The position numbers were made by a program, and so were the translations under genes. A DNA stretch of 64,000 nucleotides from Candidatus Cloacimonadales bacterium (GTDB taxonomy: Bacteria; Cloacimonadota; Cloacimonadia; Cloacimonadales; JAIOQZ01). Positions 50,701 to 60,459 of the stretch are shown in pieces (the stretch's first letter is position 1; every line of letters starts with the position of its first letter). Below the pieces are notes generated by a model that did not search any database, was not told where the DNA came from, and was given only the letters and a program-made list of their open reading frames with translations. The stretch spans positions 3,296,001 through 3,360,000 of the forward strand of contig OY771587.1 in the NCBI GenBank assembly GCA_963674825.1, given 5' to 3'.

Positions 50701-51182
50701 AAACTATTTTATAATGTCGCTCAATTTGTCTACAATCTTGATAAATGCAATATCGGTCATGTATGCCTTAAGCCGATAAGACCAGATGAAATAAACGCAT
50801 GGCTTGGGAAGTAATGTGAGCCTACAGGGCTCTGTATAAGGAAAAAGGTGTGGAAGCTGATACCGCTCCTTTGTTGATAAGCGAGGGGTGTCATTTATCA
50901 GACGCGAAAAGAGCGAAGAATCCAATGAAATATTGATGAACGTCCTTTGCCAGTCTGCAAAGCATCTCTTACTCTGAACAATTTTCGAAAAAGGCCCTGG
51001 CAGAAAACGTGGTTGTTCTTTTTCAAAATGTCATACGTCATGACAATTGCATGATTCGAATTGCAATATTGCAAGAATCCCAATCTCGCATTCAAAAATT
51101 GAAACAGGTCTCGAATTCCATCTTTGATTAACTCTTTGCAAATGAATATATTGGAAATCCAGATCGTCTCCCGGTATTCGAA

Positions 51183-51198
51183 TGGCACAAATCTTACA
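51183..51198 (+). promoter_or_regulatory. Putative sigma54 promoter (non-canonical -12)
   Basis: TGGCACAAATCTTACA; perfect palindrome TTGCAATATTGCAA at 51061-51074. Confidence 0.55.
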
Positions 51199-51235
51199 AG
51201 TATGAATGTTCGAAAAGAAAAAAGGTGGTGTAACA

Positions 51236-54200
51236 ATGATTCAAAAGATAGTGTTTGCTTTTCTGATCATGGCTTTGTCAATTGCAGGATTGTCAGGAAA
51301 TAAATGCCTGCAATTCGACGGCACAAACGATTTTATAATAATCGATGATCAAATTTCATTCAGTGGAGCTTACACCATCGAAGCGTGGTTCTACTCACAA
51401 ACTTCGGGTGAGCAAAATATCTTATCAGCAACGAATAGTGACAACCAGCATGGTATCATTATCGCAATTGATAGTGGTAACAGATATCGCTTTCTCCATC
51501 GCGATCCTTCTGGCTCGAGTGGCGAACGCAATATCAGGGTAGGTGCGAGTAACTTCGTAAATAACTGGCATCATATTGCTGCTGTATTTGATGGCAGCAG
51601 CACGTTCTTATATCTTGATGGTGCTGTCATCGGCAGTATGACAGGTGCAAGCGCTTTTTCTTCCTCCATGAACATCACCATGGGGAGATTAACCCCCATT
51701 AATTCTGCGCGTTATTTCAACGGTATGCTCGATGAAGTCCGCATCTGGAACATAGCTCGCACGCAGACAGAAATCCAGGAGTTGATGAACACAGAGCTTA
51801 CGGGAGATGAAACGGGACTGGTCGCATATTATTCGTACAACCAGGAAAGCGGAGATGTTCTTGAAGACGCCACAGCGAACGTTAACGACGGTACACTGTA
51901 TAATTTCACGCTGCCAGAGGCATGGGTGACATCCACTGCGCCAAACCATTTTCCACCGGGCAACTACCTCGGTTTTGACGGCATTGATGATTATGTGGAA
52001 ATACCATATACCGATTCGCTGGACTTGACTGGTGATATGACCATCGAGCTTTGGGTACGGTTCGATTCGCTTGCTTATGATCCGCAGTGTCTCTTTGCGA
52101 AAGGTGATTACGATTCCGAAGCATATTCGATGATGCTGAGTTCGGATAGTCTATTGAAGTTTCATACTGGCAGCATGACACTGGAATATCATTGGGCTGA
52201 TCTTGTAGCCCATGATTGGAATCATATTGCTGTTGCTTGCAACGGTGACAGCACGAAAATCTATATCAACGGTCATCTGAAAGTTGCTTACCTGGAAGGG
52301 ACTATTTCCACCAATAATGAAATGCTTCGATTGGGCGGAAGTTCCGGGGCAGATACTTATCCGCTAAATGGTGGAATCGACGAATTTCGCGTCTGAAATG
52401 TAGTCCGAACGCAAGAGCAGATATATGATAACCGATACAATCAACTGCCGGTAGACGAGCCCGGCCTGGTTATGTACTACCGTTTCGATCAGGGTGATGC
52501 GGGAGAGAATAACACGTCGTTACCCAATGAGGTTGTCGATCATACGAATACCCACCATGGCGTTCTCAATAATTTCGCGATGGCAGGAGATAGCTCAAAC
52601 TGGCTCGCTACCGGTTATGATGCAGCCTTGGTACTAAGCACGATCAGAGCGCACAACGTTACCGGAGAAACAGCCAATGTGAGTGCTGAGATACACAGAA
52701 CCGGTTCAGCACTCGTATCGGTTCGAGGAGTATGCTATAGCAGTGCCAATAACAGCCCAACCGCTGATGACAGCACGGTAGAAGAAGTTAACCCCGGTGG
52801 CATTTCTGCCGGGGAGTATACTACATCGCTTTCTGGCTTGGATGGCAATACGCAATATTATACACGAGCCTTTGCCAGCAATGAAGTAGAGACGATTTAT
52901 GGTGAGACGTGTCAGTTTACAACCCGCACATCGCCCAATGCACCGGACAGTCAGGCTTGTGATATTGTGTTCTCTCATATAACCCAGACGCAAGCGACGA
53001 TCGCCTGGACGAATGGCAATGGAGATAACCGCGCAGTGTTCTTGCTTCAGGGTGACAGCGGCGTTGCTCCGCTCAATGACAACACGTCTTACTCAGCGAG
53101 TAGTATCTTCGGACAGGGAGACCAAATTGGCGATACTGGCTGGTATTGCGTCTATAATGGCGCAGATTCGAGTGTTAACGTGACGGGTCTGGTCACGAAC
53201 ACAACCTACAGGGCGATGGTGTGCGAGTATTACAATTCTTCTGGTTCTGAGATATACAACGCCGGTACGGCTAGCCATAATCCAGAAAACACGCCTATGT
53301 CACAATTTTATATCAGTATGGGCTTATATAATTATGGCATTTCGGGTGATACGGATTGGGGTGATTACGACAATGATGGTGATCTGGATCTCTTGGCTGT
53401 TGGTGGAGGTATAATCGTTAGTGGAGTCTTCCGAAACAATAACGGTAATTTTTCGGATATAAATGCCGGATTAATACAAGTAGCTAATGGCAGCGTTGCA
53501 TGGGGCGACTATGACAATGATGGAGACCTGGATATTCTTTTAACGGGCATTGATTACGACCAAGTTGAGGTCTGCAATATTTATCAAAACAATGATGGCC
53601 TCTTCCACGATATTAACGCTGGATTACTCGGCGTTAATTACGGTAGCTCAGCTTGGGGTGACTACGACAACGATGGAGATTTGGACATTGTCATCACTGG
53701 AAAAAACTTCTCGATTGGCTCCGTCAGCCGAATCTATCGTAATGATGACGGTGTTTTTACCGACATTGATGCGGGACTGATAGATGTTGAGGAGTGTTGC
53801 GTGGAATGGGGTGATTACGACAACGATGGTGATCTGGATATCCTCTTTACAGGAAGTTCCTCAGAGGGCGGAGAAGCCATAATCTATCGTAATGACGGTG
53901 GTATTTTCACCGATATCCATGCTGGCTTGCTTGGGGTAACCAAGAGCGGCGCCGCCTGGGGTGATTATGATAACGATGGTGATCTGGATATTTTTATCCT
54001 CGGGTACAATGAACTAAACATCGCAATGAGTAAAATCTATCGCAATGACGGCGGTATTTTCACCGATATTCATGCTAATTTAGTTGATCTTGCTTATGGT
54101 GATGCTGCTTGGGGCGATTACGACAATGATGGCGATCTGGATCTTCTGCTGTCGGGAGAACATGCGAACAACAATTATCACAGTTTCGTTTATCGCAATG

Positions 54201-55738
54201 ATGATGGCGTATTTACCGATATTGAAGCTGGCCTTCCAGGATTGACAGTCAGTAAGGTGGACTGGGGTGACTACGACAACGACGGTGATCTGGATTTTAT
54301 GCTTTGTGGGACTTTGGCACCCGGTTCTTTTTACTCCTATAGATGTCGCAATAATATGGGAACGAATACCTTTACAACCAATACTGCGCCTGATGCTCCA
54401 ACGAATTTCGAGATATCTTTTTCCGATGACGAATATGTGTGTAGCTGGGATGCTTCGGCAGATGATATAACGCCGGTGGAATGCCTGACATACAATCTAC
54501 AGATGGGATATGGCAACCAAGGCACGGACATTGTTTCACCCATGGCACAATTGAGCGACGGATGGCGCATGATAACCGCGATGGGAAGTCAGAACCACAA
54601 TACGCAATGGGCGCTTTCGTCTCTTCCGTTGAGATATCAAGTCGAATGTGTCGGTAGGGTTCAGGCTATTGACGGCGCTTACATGGGCTCAAGCTTCTCC
54701 GCAGAAGATACCTTTTGCTTGTATCCTGAGCTAGTAAACGAAGATGAGCTCGCGCCCGAAGGCGTTCTTTCCTGGGAGACCCAGTCTCAATTCCTGGAAA
54801 TCATTGAGGGTTACCAGGTGCAGATCGATGTTACTACAGCGTTCACAAACCCGATCATTGATCAGGTTGTGTATCCCGAGGACGACACTCGTTCGGCAGC
54901 TCAAGCCTCGAGAATTGGTGCCTCATCCAAAGAAACAGCGCTTGTCACCCTCTCAGCCTCAAACCCTGAGACAGTTCAGCGCACAGATTATCACAGTGTG
55001 CAACTCAATGAACTGACAAATTACGGTGACCTTGTGGGAGGGACGGTTTATTACTGGCGCACAAGGCCCATCTACAGCGACAGTATTGCATCCGTATTCA
55101 CCGTGGAGGAAAAATCGTTCACCTATGTTGCTGGAAATAGTGCACCGAACCCACCTACTGATGGCTTCAGTCCTGCGAATGACGATCCGGTCTCCAGCCT
55201 CACACCCATGATATCCTGGAACGCTGCAACGGATCCCGATTCGAGCGATACACCTGATCTGCTGCGCTATTTCGTCGAGCTCGATACGCTCGATGTGTTC
55301 TCAGCGCCGGTCGTTACAGACTCTACGACGGTTGGGAATCCTCACATACAGCTTGAGGATCCGCTTATTTCGGGATATCGCTACTACTATCGTGTCAAAA
55401 CGATTGATGACGAGGACGCGGAATCCGAGTGGTCGGTAACGCAGCAGTTCGTAACACTCTTGCCACCGCAGAATGTCATCATCGCGTGTGGGGAAGAAGG
55501 AGTAACGCTTTCTTGGGAAGCTATGGCCACGAATCTGGGAAACATGGTCTATACGGTGTATAGTTCGAGCGATCCAGAAGCTATATTCCCCGATGAATGG
55601 GCTGTGGAAGCGGTGAATCTTGGCACGACATCATGGCAGGATTCAGACGCTACAGCCCCGATGAAGTTCTACATTGTCACAGTGGGAAGTGCATCGCGCG
55701 AAGCAACATCCAGCTTGAACACGAAAAATACGAGATAG
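51236..55738 (+). pseudogene. Giant secreted LamG / FN3 / 7x FG-GAP protein (~1500 aa) interrupted by an in-frame TGA at 52394-52396
   Basis: ORFs 51206-52396 and 52472-55738 share a frame; junction reads IDEFRV*NVVRTQEQI where paralogous domains read IDEVRIWN.ART; signal peptide MIQKIVFAFL; seven WGDYDNDGDLD repeats. Confidence 0.85.
53350..54310 (+). repeat. Seven coding FG-GAP/VCBS-type repeats (WGDYDNDGDLD), about 140-160 bp period
   Basis: TGGGG(T/C)GA(T/C)TA(T/C)GA(C/T)AA(T/C)GA(T/C)GG recurs 7 times in frame. Confidence 0.9.
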
Positions 55739-55760
55739 ATGACGTATCACAGGCAGCATG

Positions 55761-55792
55761 GCGGACGTTCCTCAAACGGACGTCCGCTTTTT
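55761..55792 (+). terminator. Rho-independent terminator
   Basis: GCGGACGTTC-loop-GGACGTCCGC followed by TTTTT, just after the stop at 55738. Confidence 0.8.
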
Positions 55793-55908
55793 CAAAATAA
55801 AGCCTTGCTGTCATCATCAAGGTGTGATCGTACAGGTTATCCTCAGATATTGCTTTACAACTCGATATAATGCGCCAGAATATTGCGATTAACGATAAGT
55901 GGGGAACA

Positions 55909-57540
55909 ATGAAGACAGTTAGCGAATTGGGACGGGTCATCATTCAGCTCGCTGGGCAGGGTTTGTCGAGAGTACGTTTTTTACGTTCATTATGCGAGGA
56001 ATTATCTGAATTAACAGGCAGCGATGCTGTGGAAATCCGCATTGCCGATATACGTTTCATGTATCGCTATCAATTTAAGGCCGAACATCGTTTATCCGAT
56101 TTTCAGCAGGTTAAATTCCTCATGGACGATCAGGGCACATGTTTACCGTTAATGAAGAGGAAGTCGGCTCTGGAAACGTTCTGTGCAAAATTGTATGAGA
56201 AGAAGTATCAGGGTGAACTGAAATGCTACTACCAACGCAAGAGCCTGATCATCGAAGAATACGATTCAAAATCGAAACCCTGGAAATCACTGGCGATCCT
56301 CAGTTTTATTACCAGCGAGGATGTCCATGGACTCATTGTTTTATCATCCAGGCAGAAACTGAATTTCCGGCAGGATGAAGCTCCTACATTAGAGAACTTG
56401 GCGCAGACGGTTGGCATTGCTGTGGCATTCCGGCGTTCACAATTCTCGTTGAACGAACGTGTAAAAGAGCTGACCTGCCTTCACGAAATCAGCGAACTGA
56501 TGAATGATCATCGTAAGACAGAGCGAGAGAAATTCCAGCGCATCGTCGATATGATACCTCCTGCTTTTCAATATCCCCAACTTACCTCGGCTCATATGGA
56601 TATAGACGGCATGAAATACAATAGCCACAAGATGGATAAACATCCACGTCATGAGCTATGTAATGCGTTGACTGTCGATGGGATAACAATCGGTGAGATC
56701 AAGGTCTTTCTGAAGAAGGGGACGGGCAACGATTTCATCGATTTTCTTCCTGAGGAAGTGAAGCTCATGCAATCGATCAGCAGGGCAGTATCCTCGATGA
56801 TCTCGCAAACTCGATACAACCAGGACCGTAAAGCGCTGGAGGAACAGCTTCATCATGCTGACCGCCTGGCGACAATCGGTCAACTGGCTGCGGGTGTCGC
56901 GCACGAGCTGAACGAACCGCTTTCCAATATCCTTGGTTTCGCGCAGTTGGCCGAGAAATCGGTAGGAGATCCCGAGACAGTACGCGGGGATATCCAGAAG
57001 ATCGTCAAGGCGTCGCTGCATTCGCGCGAGATTGTCCGCAAACTGCTTCTGTTCTCACGTCAGATGCCTGCTCAAAAGCAAGAACTTGAGCTCAATGACT
57101 TGATCCGGGAAAACCTGATGCTGTTGGATAACCGAATGCGAAACAGCGGTATCGATATTGTAATGAAGCTCGAAGATCACCTGCCGCGGATCAAGGCCGA
57201 TCGGGCCCAGATCAGCCAGATCATTATCAATCTTTCTGTTAACGCAATGCAGGCGATGCCGGACGGCGGAAAGTTGACCATAAGCACCCGATCGACCGAC
57301 GGCAAGGTCGCGCTATGGGTGTCGGACACGGGAACAGGCATTGCGAAGGGCATCCGACAGAAGATCTTCCTGCCGTTTTTCACAACCAAGGATATCGGAG
57401 AAGGTACAGGACTTGGCTTATCTGTCGTGCATGGCATAGTCATGGGTCATAACGGCACGATTTCGCTCGAATCGGAGATTGGCAGGGGTACCACTTTCCG
57501 TATCGCCTTTCCTGTCGCAACAAAGGAGAAGGATGCATGA
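55909..57540 (+). CDS. Cytoplasmic sensor histidine kinase with GAF-like input domains
   Basis: GVAHELNEPL, NLSVNA, DTGTG, FLPFFTTK, GTGLGL; LNERVKELTCL...IPPAFQYP domain; no TM segment. Confidence 0.92.
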   Translation: MKTVSELGRVIIQLAGQGLSRVRFLRSLCEELSELTGSDAVEIRIADIRFMYRYQFKAEHRLSDFQQVKFLMDDQGTCLPLMKRKSALETFCAKLYEKKYQGELKCYYQRKSLIIEEYDSKSKPWKSLAILSFITSEDVHGLIVLSSRQKLNFRQDEAPTLENLAQTVGIAVAFRRSQFSLNERVKELTCLHEISELMNDHRKTEREKFQRIVDMIPPAFQYPQLTSAHMDIDGMKYNSHKMDKHPRHELCNALTVDGITIGEIKVFLKKGTGNDFIDFLPEEVKLMQSISRAVSSMISQTRYNQDRKALEEQLHHADRLATIGQLAAGVAHELNEPLSNILGFAQLAEKSVGDPETVRGDIQKIVKASLHSREIVRKLLLFSRQMPAQKQELELNDLIRENLMLLDNRMRNSGIDIVMKLEDHLPRIKADRAQISQIIINLSVNAMQAMPDGGKLTISTRSTDGKVALWVSDTGTGIAKGIRQKIFLPFFTTKDIGEGTGLGLSVVHGIVMGHNGTISLESEIGRGTTFRIAFPVATKEKDA

Positions 57541-58853
57541 ATCCCGAACGAATTCTTGTCGTGGATGATCAACCCGATACGCGCGAGATGCTGTATCGCT
57601 ATCTGAAAACCGAGTTCAAGCTTGTCATGACTGCACCTGGTATCGAGGAAGCAATCAGGATGCTGACCGAACAGCCGTTCGATATCGTGATAACCGACTA
57701 CAAGATGCCCCGTGGATCGGGGATGGAGCTGGTAAAGCATATTCGGGCAACGTACCGGGATATCGGTTTGATGATGATCACCGGATACGCGACTGTTGAA
57801 GGCGCTGTACAGGCGATGAAGCATGGTGTTGAGGAATATCTCCCCAAGCCGTTCACGGAGATGGAACTTCTTCAAGGTGTGAACAGCCTTGCTCAAAAAG
57901 TTCGGACAAGGAAAAGCCGTACGACTTCCGATGTGCAGCATGGTCCAGCAGGTATCATCGGTTCGTCGAAAGTAATGAAACGAGTTTATCGCATGATCGA
58001 GAAGGCTTCTCACAGCCGTGCTACGGTATTGATCACCGGCGAGAGTGGCACGGGCAAGGAGCTGGTCGCAAGAGCGATTCATTATAGCAGCAAAAAGCAA
58101 TCGACGCCTTTCGTTCCGGTCAATTGCTCGGCAATCCCGGAAGAGCTTATGGAAAGCGAATTATTCGGCTATGTTAAGGGTGCGTTTACAGGTGCAGATA
58201 CGTCTCGCGCGGGATTTTTCCAGACAGCGGACGGTGGCTCGATCTTCCTGGACGAAGTCAGCGAGATGAGCCTGGCGATGCAGGCAAAGCTGCTGCGAGT
58301 GATCCAGGAACGCGAAGTATATATGGTCGGATCCCGCAAGCCGGTTCCAGTCGATATCCGGATCATCGCTGCCACCAACAAGGAGCTGAAGCAGCTATCC
58401 GAGAAAGGCGGATTCAGAGAAGATCTATTCTTTCGTCTGAATGTGCTCAATATTGATGTTCCTCCGCTACGCGAACGTGAAGGCGATTTGGAGATTCTGA
58501 TCCTCACTTTTTCGAAGAAATTCGCTGTAGAGATGGGCTGTGAGCCACCCCGGTTTTCCCATGACACATTAGAGATGCTTACAGGCTATGCATGGCCGGG
58601 CAATGTTCGGGAGCTGGAAAATCTCATTCAACGGCTGGTTGTGATGTGTGGTAGCGAAATCGTCAAGCCGGCTGACCTTCCCGATTATATCCGCAAACAG
58701 AAACCTCAGATGAAATGGACGCCGGACCGCACGTTGCAGGATGTAGAGAGAGACTACGTCCGGCAGGTTTTAGAAGCGTGCGGAGGCAACAAGTCAGAGG
58801 CGGCTCGAATTCTGGACATCGATCGCAAAACGTTACGATTGAAACTCACATAA
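57537..58853 (+). CDS. NtrC/AtoC-family sigma54 response regulator
   Basis: VVDD, TDYKMP receiver; GESGTGKE, GAFTGA, FREDLFFRL, WPGNVRELEN; HTH IDRKTL. Confidence 0.95.
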   Translation: MNPERILVVDDQPDTREMLYRYLKTEFKLVMTAPGIEEAIRMLTEQPFDIVITDYKMPRGSGMELVKHIRATYRDIGLMMITGYATVEGAVQAMKHGVEEYLPKPFTEMELLQGVNSLAQKVRTRKSRTTSDVQHGPAGIIGSSKVMKRVYRMIEKASHSRATVLITGESGTGKELVARAIHYSSKKQSTPFVPVNCSAIPEELMESELFGYVKGAFTGADTSRAGFFQTADGGSIFLDEVSEMSLAMQAKLLRVIQEREVYMVGSRKPVPVDIRIIAATNKELKQLSEKGGFREDLFFRLNVLNIDVPPLREREGDLEILILTFSKKFAVEMGCEPPRFSHDTLEMLTGYAWPGNVRELENLIQRLVVMCGSEIVKPADLPDYIRKQKPQMKWTPDRTLQDVERDYVRQVLEACGGNKSEAARILDIDRKTLRLKLT

Positions 58854-58880
58854 TCTGCCACTTTCACAACACCCTTTTCG

Positions 58881-58917
58881 CTGGGTAATGAATCCCCACT
58901 GGGGAGAATATCCCCAG
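58881..58917. promoter_or_regulatory. Tandem palindromic upstream activator sites for gdh
   Basis: CTGGGTAATGAATCCCCAC and perfect CTGGGGA-GAATA-TCCCCAG, about 100 nt upstream of the sigma54 promoter. Confidence 0.65.
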
Positions 58918-59017
58918 ATTTTGTAATACTCTATTGAGACAGCATAACTGCGTATAGTGCTCATAAGATATTATATGGCAACTTGTTATAGTATGGGAAA
59001 TACTGATTCCCTTCCAC

Positions 59018-59033
59018 TGGCACAACAAATGCG
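59018..59033 (+). promoter_or_regulatory. sigma54 promoter of gdh
   Basis: TGGCACAACAAATGCG has GG-N10-GC spacing and lies 38 nt upstream of ATG 59072. Confidence 0.72.
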
Positions 59034-59071
59034 AACTTGTTCCACCGAATACGAAATTTGTGGAGGAACAA

Positions 59072-60358
59072 ATGGAATTGAAGACTTACAACCCATTCAG
59101 AATGGCACAGGATCAGTTTGACGCGATCGCGGATCAACTGGACCTGGATCAGGCGACAAGAGACCTGCTGCGCAACCCCATGCGCGAATATCATGTGAAT
59201 ATTCCCATCAAGATGGACGATGGAACCACGAGAGTTTTCCGGGGATTCAGGGTTCAGCACAACGATGCCCGTGGCCCGGGAAAAGGTGGTATTCGATTTC
59301 ATCCGCAGGAGACCGTCGATACGGTACGTGCTCTTTCCATGTGGATGACCTGGAAATGCGCTGTGGTCGATATTCCCCTTGGTGGCAGTAAGGGTGGCGT
59401 GATCTGCGATCCGCACAACCTGAGCCAGCGTGAACAAGAACAGATCTGTCGTGGATGGGTGCGCCAACTAGCCCACGATGTTGGTCCTCTTCGCGATGTA
59501 CCCGCACCCGATGTGATGACCAATGGACAGCACATGCTGTGGATGCTTGACGAATTCGAAACGATACATGGGGCAAAATTCCCCGGATTTATCACCGGCA
59601 AGCCTGTAGGCAGCGGTGGCTCACTTGGTAGAACCGAAGCTACCGGATATGGTGTGATCTTCACGCTTCGCGAAGCGTTGCGCGAGTTGGGTATCGATCC
59701 CGCTTCCACGACGGCAGCGGTCCAGGGCTTCGGAAATGTTGCCCAATACGCAATCGACCTGTACAATCAACTGGGCGGAAAGGTGATCTGTGTGTCATGC
59801 TGGGATCAGCAGGAGCAGAAATCCTTCACATATCGCAAGATGACCGGCGTGGTTCTGCAGGAACTGCTCGATATTACAGACCGTTTCGGTGGGATCGATC
59901 GCAAGAAAGCCGAATCGCTTGGTTACGATGTGCTGGGCGGCGGACAGTGGATCGAGCAGGATGTGGATATCCTTTTACCCTGCGCGCTGGAGAACCAAAT
60001 CAATGCCGATACCGTAAACCTCATCAGCAAACGTGTAAAGGTGATCGCGGAAGGCGCAAATGGCCCGACAACTCCTGAAGCCGACAAAGTTCTGAAGGAA
60101 CGCGGCATATTCATCATTCCCGACTTTCTTGCCAACGCTGGTGGCGTAACTTGCAGCTATTTCGAGCAGGTTCAGTGCAATATGAACTATTACTGGGAGA
60201 AAGACGAAGTTCTCAGCAAGCTCGATACGAAGATGACCTCCGCCTTCATGGATGTATCTGCTCTGGCTCGCAAACGTAACCTTTATATGCGCGACGCCGC
60301 GTATATCATCTCGATCAGTCGCGTTGCCCAGGCTTGTAAAGACCGGGGCTGGATTTAA
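59072..60358 (+). CDS. gdh: Glu/Leu/Phe/Val dehydrogenase, probably glutamate dehydrogenase
   Basis: GFRVQHNDARGPGKGGIRFHP, MTWKCA, GGSKGG, VPAPD, ITGKP, ATGYG, QGFGNV, EGANGP, PDFLANAGGV; GGAGG RBS. Confidence 0.92.
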   Translation: MELKTYNPFRMAQDQFDAIADQLDLDQATRDLLRNPMREYHVNIPIKMDDGTTRVFRGFRVQHNDARGPGKGGIRFHPQETVDTVRALSMWMTWKCAVVDIPLGGSKGGVICDPHNLSQREQEQICRGWVRQLAHDVGPLRDVPAPDVMTNGQHMLWMLDEFETIHGAKFPGFITGKPVGSGGSLGRTEATGYGVIFTLREALRELGIDPASTTAAVQGFGNVAQYAIDLYNQLGGKVICVSCWDQQEQKSFTYRKMTGVVLQELLDITDRFGGIDRKKAESLGYDVLGGGQWIEQDVDILLPCALENQINADTVNLISKRVKVIAEGANGPTTPEADKVLKERGIFIIPDFLANAGGVTCSYFEQVQCNMNYYWEKDEVLSKLDTKMTSAFMDVSALARKRNLYMRDAAYIISISRVAQACKDRGWI

Positions 60359-60403
60359 TCGATAAGACTTCCTGAAATAAAGAAACACAAGAAACACCTC
60401 TGC

Positions 60404-60443
60404 ATTGCGGTGCGCGGAAATCCTGAAGTCCGCGTGCCGCAAT
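60404..60443. terminator. GC-rich stem-loop between gdh and the PPDK_N gene
   Basis: ATTGCGGTGCGCGGA-N10-TCCGCGTGCCGCAAT (15 bp with 2 G-U pairs), followed by an A-run rather than a U-tract on the + strand. Confidence 0.55.
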
Positions 60444-60459
60444 CTTAAAAAAAAACAGG

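Noticed and set aside
50704..51236. Minus-strand ORFs (73 and 112 aa) and a possible riboswitch in the intergenic region
   Set aside because: No recognisable motifs or RBS, and they overlap the regulatory region. A hairpin near 50857-50901 matches no riboswitch consensus I can support.
52394..52396. Selenocysteine codon or genome-wide UGA reassignment
   Set aside because: The homologous residue is Trp, not Cys, and no clear SECIS hairpin follows. TGA is a normal stop for many genes here, including TGATG and ATGA overlaps at 8255, 10314 and 47852.
53350..54310. Regularly spaced ~30-bp repeats resembling a CRISPR array
   Set aside because: The repeats vary at third codon positions, the spacers exceed 100 bp and resemble each other, all lie in one ORF encoding FG-GAP repeats, and there are no cas genes
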